Shown here: positions 51,232 through 62,214 of the stretch, one piece after another
Layout: the number at the start of each line of letters is the position of its first letter
How positions within the stretch are numbered: position 1 is the first letter of the stretch
Assembly (NCBI RefSeq): GCF_006345805.1
Contig: NC_042998.1
Location: 182,218,001 to 182,282,000, forward strand
Origin: Octopus sinensis
Taxonomy: Eukaryota
Direction of reading: 5' to 3'
DNA: 64,000 nt
Notes under the pieces: generated by a model
What the model was told of the DNA's origin: nothing
Seen by the model: the letters and a program-made list of their open reading frames with translations, nothing else
Databases searched by the model: none
Program-made: the position numbers and the translations under genes

Positions 51232-51549
51232 GTGAAGGCGAGTGACTTAGTGAATAAGGTAATCGGCTCACGGTTGTAAGGTCACGAGTTCGATTCGCGA
51301 TGGTGGCACGTTGTGTTCTTGAGCAAGACATTTTATTTCACTTTGCTCCAGTTCACTCAGCTGGAAAATAGGAGTTGTACCTGTAATTCAAAGGATTGAC
51401 CTGTGTCATGCCGAATCTCCCTGAGAACTACGACGTTAAGTGTGCGCTTGTCAGTGGAGTGCTCAGCTACTTGCACGTTAAGTGTTCACGGGCAGGCTTT
51501 TTCGTTGATCGGATCAACCCTCGTCGTCGCAACCGACGGAGTGGCAGTA
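51232..51549 (+). mobile_element. SINE group B (tail 1)
   Basis: Full length; TSD CAAAATTTT. Confidence 0.85.
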
Positions 51550-51669
51550 CAAAATTTTAGAATATAGGGCGAGTCGATTTCAGCGACTCAAGTGAACAAC
51601 TGGTGCTTATTTTATCGTACCCCGAAAGCGTGCGAACGATTCTGATTTCTTTTATTAGGCACAAGGCCT

Positions 51670-52445
51670 CAATCAAGAAAGCAGTAAAATTAGATGACGA
51701 AAAAGCAGCCAGACTGAGAGAGACATTCGGAAGTAGAATAGAGAATACAATATTACGTGTTCGATTCGACGAATTACCACCTGTGATGACTTTCGAAGAG
51801 ATGGTGATTTTTTGATATAGAAATAAAAAAAAAATACAAACTGAACAGTAAAAACAGTAAAATGCAACTTTCTACTTTGGTGGGTAGAAAGCCATTTTCA
51901 TTATCATTATATTTGGATCTTTTCGGTTTGAACGGCAGTTTTTTCTAGCGGTGTCATATGAAATTGTCACCCATAATTATGACCCTAGTATCGATCTATT
52001 GCATTTCAATCTGTTTTAGGGTTAGGAGTGGGGGGAAGGGTATCTTTTTTTCTTTAGAAATGTAAATAAACCCAATCTGTTTCTTAAACGAGAGACATAT
52101 TCATACGGCACAGAATGCTTTCACCTCAATAGACGTTATTGATTGGTTGAAATTGAAGAAAAAAAACAACAACAACAAATATCTTACAAACTATAGAATT
52201 TTCTCAATAAAGCCAAGAGAAAAAGATGTTTTATAAACACATTCTACCAGTATACGAAGTTTAAAAGTGTTTAGTTACGTGGAAATTATTTTTAAAAACT
52301 GCCGTTCAAACCGAAAAGATCCTTTTATTTTTTATATTTTTTACATCTCATAAATCATTCGTTAATTATTATATGTACCCTACGTTTGTGTTGTCTGTCC
52401 TCGTAGTGTCCCCTCTATATTTAAGGCTTTATGCCTAATAAAGAA
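51670..52445 (+). mobile_element. 3' end of an unidentified retroelement (coding remnant plus 3'UTR), copy A, interrupted by MITE 9
   Basis: RLRETFGSRIENTILRVRFDELPPVMTFEEMVIF* followed by a UTR ending ...TGTCCCCTCTATATTTAAGGCTTTATGCCTAATAAAGAAA; homologous to copy B. Confidence 0.55.
51915..52322 (-). mobile_element. GGATC-MITE copy 9 (subfamily B)
   Basis: TSD TTATATTT/TTTTATTT. Confidence 0.9.
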
Positions 52446-53290
52446 AAAGAGAATGAACAAAACAAAAACAGACAAAACAGTACATTGGGGTACATAAAAA
52501 CACATATCGGAAGAGTTATGATATAATGAAAATGAGAATGAAATGGCTTTTCTACCCTACAGAGCAGGTAGTTTCATTTTAATGTTTATGTATCACATAT
52601 TAACTTTACAGTTCATTATTCTTATTTTGCATCGTTTTTTGTTTTAGAAGTGATTAGTTTGAAATTCTAAGTATTTCGCTTAGTAAATATTGTATTATAT
52701 CTTCAAATGCCACCACTGGTGGCATCTCGTCGTATCGAACGTGGAACGGCGATATTTCAATTTTTTCACCAAATAGTTCCTTTAACCTTTCACCTCTCCC
52801 TCTCTCTCTCTCTCGAGCAAGACCGCCCTGTCGTCCTCGGTACACACCCTCCCTGATAACTTGACTCTAATTACATTTTTCATTTTTATAATCTTCCTCT
52901 CGATCTCTACACTCTTTTTATAGGTTATCATCGTCCGAATGTGTTTTCCTTTTGTTACCAACTCCCGTTTTCCGTCGTTATTCTCTCCTGATGTTCCTAG
53001 TATTGGTGTCTCATCCTTCTCTGTATCTCTCTTACTCTTTGTTGTGGCTATTTCTCTTCTCTCGTCCTTTTCTTTTTGCACACTTCCTTTCTCCTCCGTA
53101 ATTTTCTTTTTTTGTTTCTCTGGTCTTTCGCATTGATTCTCCTCTATATTTTCTTTTCTCTTTTTATGTGGAATTTTGGGTGGTGAATTAACGTTTTCTT
53201 CTTTCTTTTTCCAACTGTATACTTTTCTCCTACATTTTCTTTTTTTTTTGCTTACCTCCGCTCTTTGTTCCTCTTCCTGCTTCTTTTTTC
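52446..53290 (-). mobile_element. 3' end of the same unidentified element, copy B (tail-to-tail with copy A)
   Basis: RLKELFGEKIEISPFHVRYDEMPPVVAFEDIIQY matches copy A at 16/34 residues; collinear UTR motif GGGTAGAAA(A)GCCATTT; K/E-rich upstream frame broken at a (GA)n tract. Confidence 0.55.
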
Positions 53291-53354
53291 TCATTTGTTT
53301 ACGTCCCCGCAACTTAGCAGTTCGGCACAAAAGCCAGTGGAATAAGTACCGAAC

Positions 53355-53773
53355 GGATTTTTTCGGTTTGAACGGCAGTTTTTTCTAGCGGTGTCATATG
53401 AAATTGTCACCCATAATTATGACCCTAGTATCGATCTATTACATTTCAATCTGTTTTAGGGTTAGGGTTGGTTAGGGGTGGGGAAAGGGTATCTTTTTTT
53501 CTTCACAAATGTAAATAAACCCAATCTGTTTCTTTAACGAGGGACGTATTCATACGGCACAGAATGTTTTCAGCTCAATAGATGTCTTTGATTGGTTGAA
53601 ATTGCAGAAATTGAAGAAAAAAAACAACAAATATCTTACAAACTATAGAATTTTCTCAATAAAGCCAAGAGAAAAAGATGTTTTATAAACACATTCTACC
53701 AGTATACGAAGTCTAAAATTTTTTAGTTACCTAGAAATTATGTTAAAAACTGCCGTTCAAACCGAAAAGATCC
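53355..53773 (-). mobile_element. GGATC-MITE copy 10 (subfamily A), no TSD visible
   Basis: TIRs present; flanks TACCGAAC / AATGCTGG differ; inserted in a SINE-C remnant. Confidence 0.88.
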
Positions 53774-54393
53774 AATGCTGGTGTTGAATTTTCGACCACA
53801 CCTTTCAAGGCAGTGCCACAGCATGACCCCAGTCCAATGAATGAAACTAATAAAAGATAGGATAGAGTATACATTATTAATAGAATGACTAGATGTTCTA
53901 GTGAGAAAAGAGTTTATTGTTGCTCATGTCAGTTTTTAAATGATAAAATGTATGCAATACTTACAGTCATAAGGATCTGCCACATAGACATAAAACAATG
54001 AAAAATTATAGAGTATGATAAAATCACTTGCAAGCTGTAATATCTCGAGAAAATAAATATATTTCGGTGAAGCAAAAATTGAGAATATGTTGCGTGATCA
54101 AACAAGACTTCGTGACAATCAGCATAATCAGCTTGTTAAAAGAAACAGAGAAACCATGAAACTTTATATTGTTACAGTATGTTAGTTACTTCGCGAAAAG
54201 AGAGCAAGACTTTTGAGGTCAGGATGAGACCACTAACTAGTTAAACATAGGTAACTATTCGACATAGTTACCTATGTTGAATGTATTTATTTGCTAAGTA
54301 AATAACAGTTAGGAGGTTTCTTTGACAACGTTAAAGTTTTCTGTGGACTGTTCAATTTAATATAAGACAACCTCTTAGAATTAGTTATTCTTT

Positions 54394-54600
54394 ATCCCTC
54401 GACTATCGCGGGTGTTACGTTCCACCCACCCTCGCGATTGGTGAAAATCTGCGAAGTAGAAACAGTACTGTATTGCATATAGTTTTTAAATTTATTTTTA
54501 TAATTTGTGTATATTTATTTTATTATAAATGCAAAAACAATACCACAGAGGAATCGACGTAAGCTTAAATAATAAACCGCGATATGGCGAGGGATTACTG
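54394..54600. mobile_element. pogo/Tigger-like MITE
   Basis: ATCCCTCGACTATCGCGG...CCGCGATATGGCGAGGGATTACTG|TA; left end eroded. Confidence 0.6.
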
Positions 54601-55588
54601 TATATATAATTTAACTTAACAGTTCGACAAAGAAAATCGTTAAATTAAGTACAAAAGTGAAATAAATATCGGAGTTAATATGGTTCAATAGACCCCTGAA
54701 GACTCTGGTCCAATAAAGCCGGAGCTCGTAAGAAAACATATATAGAGTTTCCGGTACACGAATAGCCAGAACTCTCAGGTAACCGGCACCCAGAAAAAAA
54801 AACACAGAAAGAAAAGGAAATGTGTTGTTAAGTAGAGTCAAGGTAATTTGTACTAATTTGTATTAACTATTTGCCATCAAAAAAAGAAGTTTCTAGTCTA
54901 TTTAAAATGGATTATTGCTTCTAGTTTTACTGCATTTTCCGAACCTGTATTTTATTAGGCCACTAAAACTTGTTCTGTACAATATTACATTTTCATTTCT
55001 TCCTATTTCTTTCATTTATAGTATATTCAGAATATTAATGATAACACTGATGTACATATAGAGTTTTAGTTAGTTTTGAAGCTGACATGGTAATTTAAAA
55101 AGTGATAAACAACTATACGGAAATTTCACTTATCCGGCATCCCTCCGGATCCAGTGGTATCAGATATAAAGGTGCTTACTACATATATGCCTGCTGTATG
55201 AACTGATGTATATTTTTGTTATTGTACATTATTTCTTCTTACACTTTTCTATTCTTTTTTTTTTCTCTTTGAATTGTCTTCTGTTTTTTGTTTCCTTTGG
55301 CGTATATGCTTCGTTGTATATTTCATTCTTTGCTGTTCTTTCGATTTATATTTCTACGCTTTGCAAGGGCGTGTTTTCACCTGTCTGACTGAATGTGGTA
55401 TATCTTGCTTGCTTCTTCTTTGGTTCAAAGTTTGCTTGTCTTATCTATGTGGTTTTTATACATGTATATATTTATATGTATTTGTGTGTATATGTATGAA
55501 AATATGTATATGTATATACATGTGTGTGTATGCATGTATTTATGTATGTATGTATGTATGTATGTATATATATAAGTATATGTATGCT

Positions 55589-55790
55589 TATAGTAGTAGT
55601 AGGCATCCGTCGGTCTCGAGAGGCCATGGATCTGCGCTCGAAGAAACCTTGTCTACTGCTGATGTTGGTACAGCGTCTGTTGTGGCTGTACAGGCCCACT
55701 CGGGCGTGGCAGTCCCGCATACACTCTGCCGTCGCTACTGGCTCTTCCTTCTGACGAATGCACTTTCTTTAGTGGCGAGTTCCTATTTTC
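55589..55790 (-). mobile_element. RTE-type LINE 3' end
   Basis: ECMRDCHARVGLYSHNRRC is an RTE C-terminal C2H2-like motif; followed by RSMASRDRRMP and a (CTA)n tail. Confidence 0.75.
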
Positions 55791-55993
55791 TTCCATATAT
55801 ATATATATTTCCGTGAGATTTAGAGGTTGGGAAGCCAACCAACTAAGGGATAGTACCTATCCAATATACTGCTGGTAGTGTACCCAGTTATTAGTACCCA
55901 AGTGCTGGTTGTTGCGTGGCAATTTCGCAATCGAGTGTCATATATGGGCGGGGGTAAAAAGTAGTCTACCCTTAATTTATACGGCAAAAAAAC

Positions 55994-56773
55994 AAAATGG
56001 AGGGGATACAAAAATGACATAAGGAAGTATTATAAGAATGCATACACATCCACAGACTGTGTGCTACACAAATATGTACTAATAATGCATAAAAGAGTAA
56101 AAGATCAGTTCCTTACGGCCGTTTCTACCAAGAGGCCACGATATCCTCCATGCTAGCTCTATCTCATCAGTGTTCTGTAGGGATAGGTAGATAGAGTTTG
56201 GATGTTGAGTGTACCTCTAGGCTTCTTCAGAGGGTCTAAATGGTTACGAGAGCCAGTACATACAGGATTCAGTTACCAATAGGTACAGTATATTTTTCTT
56301 ATTGAAGAGGGCATAAGAAGAAATGGAGCAAAATTTAAAGTGTGAGAGGAGTAAAATTTAGTAAAATGGATTAGTTATAGGAAAGGGAAATAAGTCATAG
56401 ACTTCAAGTGTTGCATTCCAGGATTCATGTTATTTTCGTCCATTGGTGGATTGGTGGATATAGTCGTTCCAAGGAGGAATTTTTTTTTGGAAGGCTGAAT
56501 TTAGGTTGTGGTTCTTATTTTGTTTACATATAAATACACGTTCTGTTTACAGTGATGTGTTTAAAAGTATGGTCCGTATTTCGGAGGTGGGAGTTTATAT
56601 GCAGGATGCCAGCTGGTACTAAAGAGATAATGGCACCAGGTGGTAACTAAAGTGCGGTATTCGTGTTCGTTATGTGTACGTATTCTTATAATACTTCCTC
56701 ATGTTTTAGTATAAATAGACATAATAGAATGTCTACCGACTGATGTATGTCATTTTTGTATCCCCTCCATTTT
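55994..56773. mobile_element. ~780-bp element with inverted termini, carrying a hammerhead motif
   Basis: AAAATGGAGGGGATACAAAAATGACAT-AAGGAAGTATTATAAGAAT on the left is mirrored at 56682-56703 and 56747-56773. Confidence 0.6.
56108..56236 (-). ncRNA. Type I hammerhead motif with very long stem II insert
   Basis: GACCCU CUGAAGA AGCCUAGAGG...CCUCUUGGUA GAAA CGGCCG UA AGGAAC: stem II 8/10 paired, palindromic ACGGCCGU, stem I only 3 contiguous bp. Confidence 0.5.
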
Positions 56774-56781
56774 CTTTTTTG

Positions 56782-56782
<1 letters not shown>

Positions 56783-56877
<95 letters not shown>

Positions 56878-57058
56878 ATAAGTATGTATTTATATACATA
56901 TATGTGTTTATATACATACATATATATATATGCGCATATATATGTATGTATGTATATATATATATGCGCATATATGTGTGCATTTATGTGTGCATGTATA
57001 TGTATTTATATATATATGTGTGTGTATGTGTGTGTATATGTATATATGTATGCGTGTT

Positions 57059-57109
<51 letters not shown>

Positions 57110-57185
57110 TTCTGAATGTTTGTGTATATATTTGTGCGTGTCTGCGTGCTAATTTGTGTGTGAGTGTGTGTGCCCGTATACATGT
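56783..57185. repeat. Compound (CT)n(TA)n(TG)n microsatellite
   Basis: Direct reading; source of the 167-aa ORF 56743-57246. Confidence 0.95.
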
Positions 57186-57796
57186 GTGTACGCAGACACT
57201 TCTGTATTCTTTCAGCCTGCATTTTGAGGATAGAACCCTGATGTAGTTGTCAATATGGCATATGTCTTTACTTACTCTCAATGACTATGCGACTCCTTTC
57301 AAATAATGAATAATTTATTACAGATTTAGATGAATCAAAGTAGGCTCTCTCGTCTCTAGTATGTTGAAGTATAAACGTCAATTTTTTTTTAATGATACCA
57401 AATAGATAATATTTTATCCTTCTTGAAGTAAATGAAATCTATGTATAAATTACGCTATTGCATATTGCAGCTTGTCTCGAAAAGAGGTTTCTCTGAAATG
57501 AAGCAAGATTAACACAGGTCATCCATGAGAAACGAAAACAAGTGAAGCAGTGAACAACTTTTACTTTAGTCACACGAGTGCTCTTCTCGGATTTGTGAAG
57601 TCAGCCGTTCAATATACTAACAGGAAATATTATTGTAGCACAGACGGAGCGGAATTAAGACACATTTGTCAAAATATTAGATTGTTGACAAGAATTAGAG
57701 GGAAATTAATTCTGCTACCATGGAATTTTCGTTTATAACAGTTTACGATTCACGGAGCATTTTTTTTAATGCCGGAAGAAAAGTTTTAATTCTATA

Positions 57797-57985
57797 TTCT
57801 TTTAATCTTTTACTTGTTTCTGTCATTTGACTGTGGCCATGCTGGAGCACCGCCTTTAGTCGAGCAAATCGATCCCAGGACTTCTTCTTTGTAAGCCTAG
57901 TACGTATTCTATCGGTCTCTTTTGCCAAACCACTAAATTACGGGGACGTAAACACACCAGCATCGGTTGTCAAGTGATGTTGGAT

Positions 57986-58083
<98 letters not shown>

Positions 58084-58229
58084 GACGGGCTTCTTTCAGT
58101 TTCTGTCTACCAAATCCACTCACAAGGCTTTGGTCGGCCCGAAGCTATAGTGGAAGATACTTGCCCAAGGTGCCCGGAACCATGTGGTTGGTAAGCAAGC
58201 TACTTACCACACAGCCACTCCTACGCCTA
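57797..58229 (-). mobile_element. SINE group C
   Basis: Bipartite with (CA)n(TA)n spacer; close to 6140-6644. Confidence 0.9.
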
Positions 58230-59069
58230 TTATTTATTATCTGTTATTTTCTTCTGCCTACGTTGTAGTACATAAGCACAGATTACATATCCAAGGACAA
58301 GAACATAAACAAAACACAAAGATATACAGGCAGAGACATATACACAAACACATATACACAGATTATAAGAAACTGACCGATATTTTTCCTGACGTTTTCT
58401 TTATTCTTCATTTTTTGGGGTCAGGCTAAATCAAGTCGATTTAGGATCAAAGATATAATATCATACTAACTGTGGTCTCTTTTATTCCGGACAGTGCATC
58501 TAGATCAACTTCATCCAATGTGTCCGCTCATTTTTAAAGAAGGTAGGATGTAAGCTGTGGGAGATCTGGCTGCTATTTCCAACATATTAGGCTACCACGT
58601 AAGGGCTATTTTGTCGACTTGTTTATATTTTAATTTTTGTTGTTGTTGTTGTCATTTTGATGAAACGAGTGCAAGTAAAGAGTTGCTTAAATAAATACTT
58701 TTGATAAATCAATAACGTAACAATAATATACTCAATTGAATGATTCGACTACATCTTTATATATCTCTGCTCCCTTACCAGACTCTGAATTAAGTTACGA
58801 TAATCATGAAAGATGTTTTTCTCTTATTTTATTATTATGTAATTAGAAGAATAAAACCCACACTGAATTTGATACACTCGAAATGCTTTCCTGGTGTATC
58901 TAGGACTACATTATCCAGTGTATCTTTTCTCTTCTAAGATTATAGGTATGTGATTTAAGGACGATGGCTACTAATTTTCGAAAGTCGAACGATCATGAAG
59001 AGACATCCGCATCAGATCCTTTTTAACTTTTTATATTGTTGGAACGCTCATTAATCTCAAAGACAATAT

Positions 59070-59471
59070 GGATCTTTTCGGTTTGAACGGCAGTTTTTAA
59101 CATAATTTCTAGGTAACTAAAAAATTTTAAACTTCGTATACTGGTAGAATGTGTTTATAAAACATCTTTTTCTCTTGGCTTTATTGAGAAAATTCTATAG
59201 TTTGTAAGATATTTGTTGTTTTTTTCTTCAATTTCTGCAATTTCAACCAATCAATGACGTCCATTGAGGTAAACAACATTCTGTGACGCATGAATATGTT
59301 AAGAAACAGATTGGGTTTATTTACATTTGTGAAGAAAAAAAGATACCTTTCTCCCCACCCCTAACCCTAAAACGGATTGAAATGCAATAGATCGATACTA
59401 GGGTCATAATTATGGGTGACGATTTCATATGACACCGCTAGAAAAAACTGCCGTTCAAACCGAAAAGATCC
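59070..59471 (+). mobile_element. GGATC-MITE copy 11 (subfamily A)
   Basis: Perfect TSD GACAATAT; small internal deletion; short CCCTAA tract. Confidence 0.93.
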
Positions 59472-60143
59472 GACAATATTTGATAGGTATCTTATTTTAT
59501 TAGCCTTAGAAGTATAAAAGGCGAAGTTAATTTCGGCGGGATTGGAACTTAGACTGTAAAGATGTTCAACTAAATAATTCCAGAAGGCCATTTATTGCTA
59601 CTCAAGCTGTTCTACTAATTACTATCCTAAAAATCACCAACACTACCACCTTAACAATAATAATTGTTTCCAAGTTAGGCTCCAGGCTGGCAGTTTTAAG
59701 GGGAGAGGATAAGTCGATGTCATCGACTTCATCGGCCCTAGAGAATTTAAGATAAAATTGACCTCAGCGGGATTTGAACTCAGAATCAAATACCGTAAAG
59801 TATTTCGTCCAATGTGCTAACTATTCTGCCATTCTTCTACCTTTACGCAGCAACAATAATAATTGTTGCTTATATCAGTAGAAGACCAAAATTTTGAGGG
59901 CAGGGGATTAGTTGACTATATCGACGTGAGTACTTAACTGGTGTTTTATTTAATCGAACTCAGAATAATGAAAGGCAAAGTTGACCTCAGCGAGATTTGA
60001 ACCCAAAATATAGAGCCAGAAGATAAAATTACCCAACCGGCCAGATCACTGTCTTATGTACATATAAATATAGTTATATAGTAAAATACATAGGCAGAAA
60101 TTTGAGAGAAGGGAATCAGTTGATTATATTGATTTCAGTATAT

Positions 60144-60556
60144 GGATCTTTTCGGTTTGAACAGCAGTTTTTTCTAGCGGTGTCATATGAAATTGTCACC
60201 CATAATTATGACCCTAGTATCGATCTATTGCATTTCAATCTGTTTTAGGGCTAGGGCTGGGGTTAGGGGTGAGGGAAAGTATATTTTTTTCTTCACAATA
60301 AACTCAATCTGTTTCTTAAACGAGGGACATATTCATACGGCACAGAATGCTTTTTTACTCAATAGACGTCCCTGATTGGTTGAAATTGCAGAAATTAAAG
60401 AAAAAAACAACTAATATCTTACAAACTACAGAATTTTCTCAATAACGCCAAGAGAAAAAAATGTTTTATAAACACATTCTACCAGTATACGAAGTTAAAA
60501 TTTTTTTAGTTACCTAGAAATTATGTTAAAAACTGCCGTTCAAACCGAAAAGATCC
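60144..60556 (-). mobile_element. GGATC-MITE copy 12 (subfamily A)
   Basis: TSD CAGTATAT/CGGTATAT. Confidence 0.92.
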
Positions 60557-62214
60557 CGGTATATTACCGGTGTTTTGTTTTATTGATCCCAAAACCATGT
60601 AAAGTAAAGTTGACTTCATCGGGATTTGAACTCATAATGTAAAATAAAAAAAAAAACCAGAACAAATACTGCAAATCATTTCGATACTTTAATGATTCTT
60701 CTAACAATCCACCACCCTTACTGAATAGCATCAGAGCCAACAACATACATATTTTTTTACCGCCTTTTGTGCATTAAATGAAAGCGATGTAGATTGAGGA
60801 TGCTAAATTAGAAATCTATGTTGGCTTCTGATGTTAAATCATAAATAATTCTCTTGTACGTTTATAAGTGCAGAACCGTCACAGGCAAGTGGCTGATAAT
60901 TAATTATATAATAAATAAATAAAAAAAAACCCAGAATCAAACAGCGAACTAACTTGTTGAAACTAGTCAAATGAAACTCACTGGACTGTACATCCATAAT
61001 CATCCATCTAAATACTAGCCTGGCTTGAAAATGCTTAATTTTGGTGATTTGACATAAAGAAGTGATTTTAGTGCCTATTGGTTTATAATTTTATTACTTT
61101 CTGGTTTGCATTAGTTATGACTTATTGGCAATACATTATTATTTTTCCCTGCATCAAATATATCTATCACATAGATCGAGATAATGTAGTTGTAAGTTAT
61201 ATAGATGTTCCACGCCACAACGACTTCACCCGTAGTCTACGTAAGATCGATTATATGTGGTAGATCTATTCTTTGCTTTGTTGGCGATTGTCTCTGCCAG
61301 GCTCACTGAGTGTGTATGCTTGCGTGTACGTGTGTGCACGTGCGGTGAAGTGATTATGCGTCTAATGATAAACATATGAATGTAATGTGTCAGTTCTTTC
61401 AATTAAATACACCCTAAAACAATTTTATTGCAAAATTGATATAATGTATCTACTTTTTTTTATTGTTGTTTAGTGTCAAGTTATCGTTAAACAAGCAGCT
61501 CTATGATCAAATACATTCAATTTGGGCTCATTCCGTGTTCTTTTTTCAGACGGTGCATGTTAGACTATATAATCGATTATGTCCTGCTATGTTTTAAAAC
61601 AGAATGGGTATGATATGAGGATGATTCGATCGTTTTTTCTAGCAGGTGGAAGTTCCCTGGTGGATATTGTCTGTGTGCCTATGACACAGGGCAACAAAAG
61701 AATCGAGATGCCAAGAATCTAAGCGGTAGATTAAATTTATACATTGCTTTCATTTATTTTGTTCATTGGACGAAAAATTTATCTGCTTACTTTTACTTTT
61801 TTCATTTTCATTTTCGATTTTGAATATTTGGATAGGTTTTTTTTTAAAAAAAGAGTAGGGAATTTGCCCTCCTGGCGGGAATTTTAAGGTTTAGGTGGGG
61901 GTAGTGAGACTATTAGTCAACAAAATGCAACGTCCTGTTGATTATATATAATCTGTATTTGTTTTTAATTTAATCTGTGGCAATCAATAAAGTCTATTGC
62001 ACAATGCCTATTGAATCTCACATCCAGCATAGTTTCAATAAGGTTTATTGGTTTATTTAATAAGGTTTATTGAATGTCACATATTAAATTATAAATAATG
62101 ATAAATATCCACTTTTTTTTATTTGAGGAAATATTCCATTTATAATCATCTTTAATTTATTCTTGTTTTATACCCATAGTCTTGTTTTTATTCCCATATT
62201 TTTTTTATCCTATC

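Noticed and set aside
4304-51549. tRNA-like A/B-box sequences
   Set aside because: They are SINE heads with TSDs and tails, not tRNA genes; no complete cloverleaf was found.
52782-53330. 182-aa K/E-rich ORF as a host gene
   Set aside because: It starts inside a SINE remnant, is compositionally biased and frameshifts at (GA)n; treated as part of retroelement copy B.
54687-54782. CTGAAGA...GAAA with two hairpins
   Set aside because: GAAA is not adjacent to stem II and there is no stem I; simple hairpins only.
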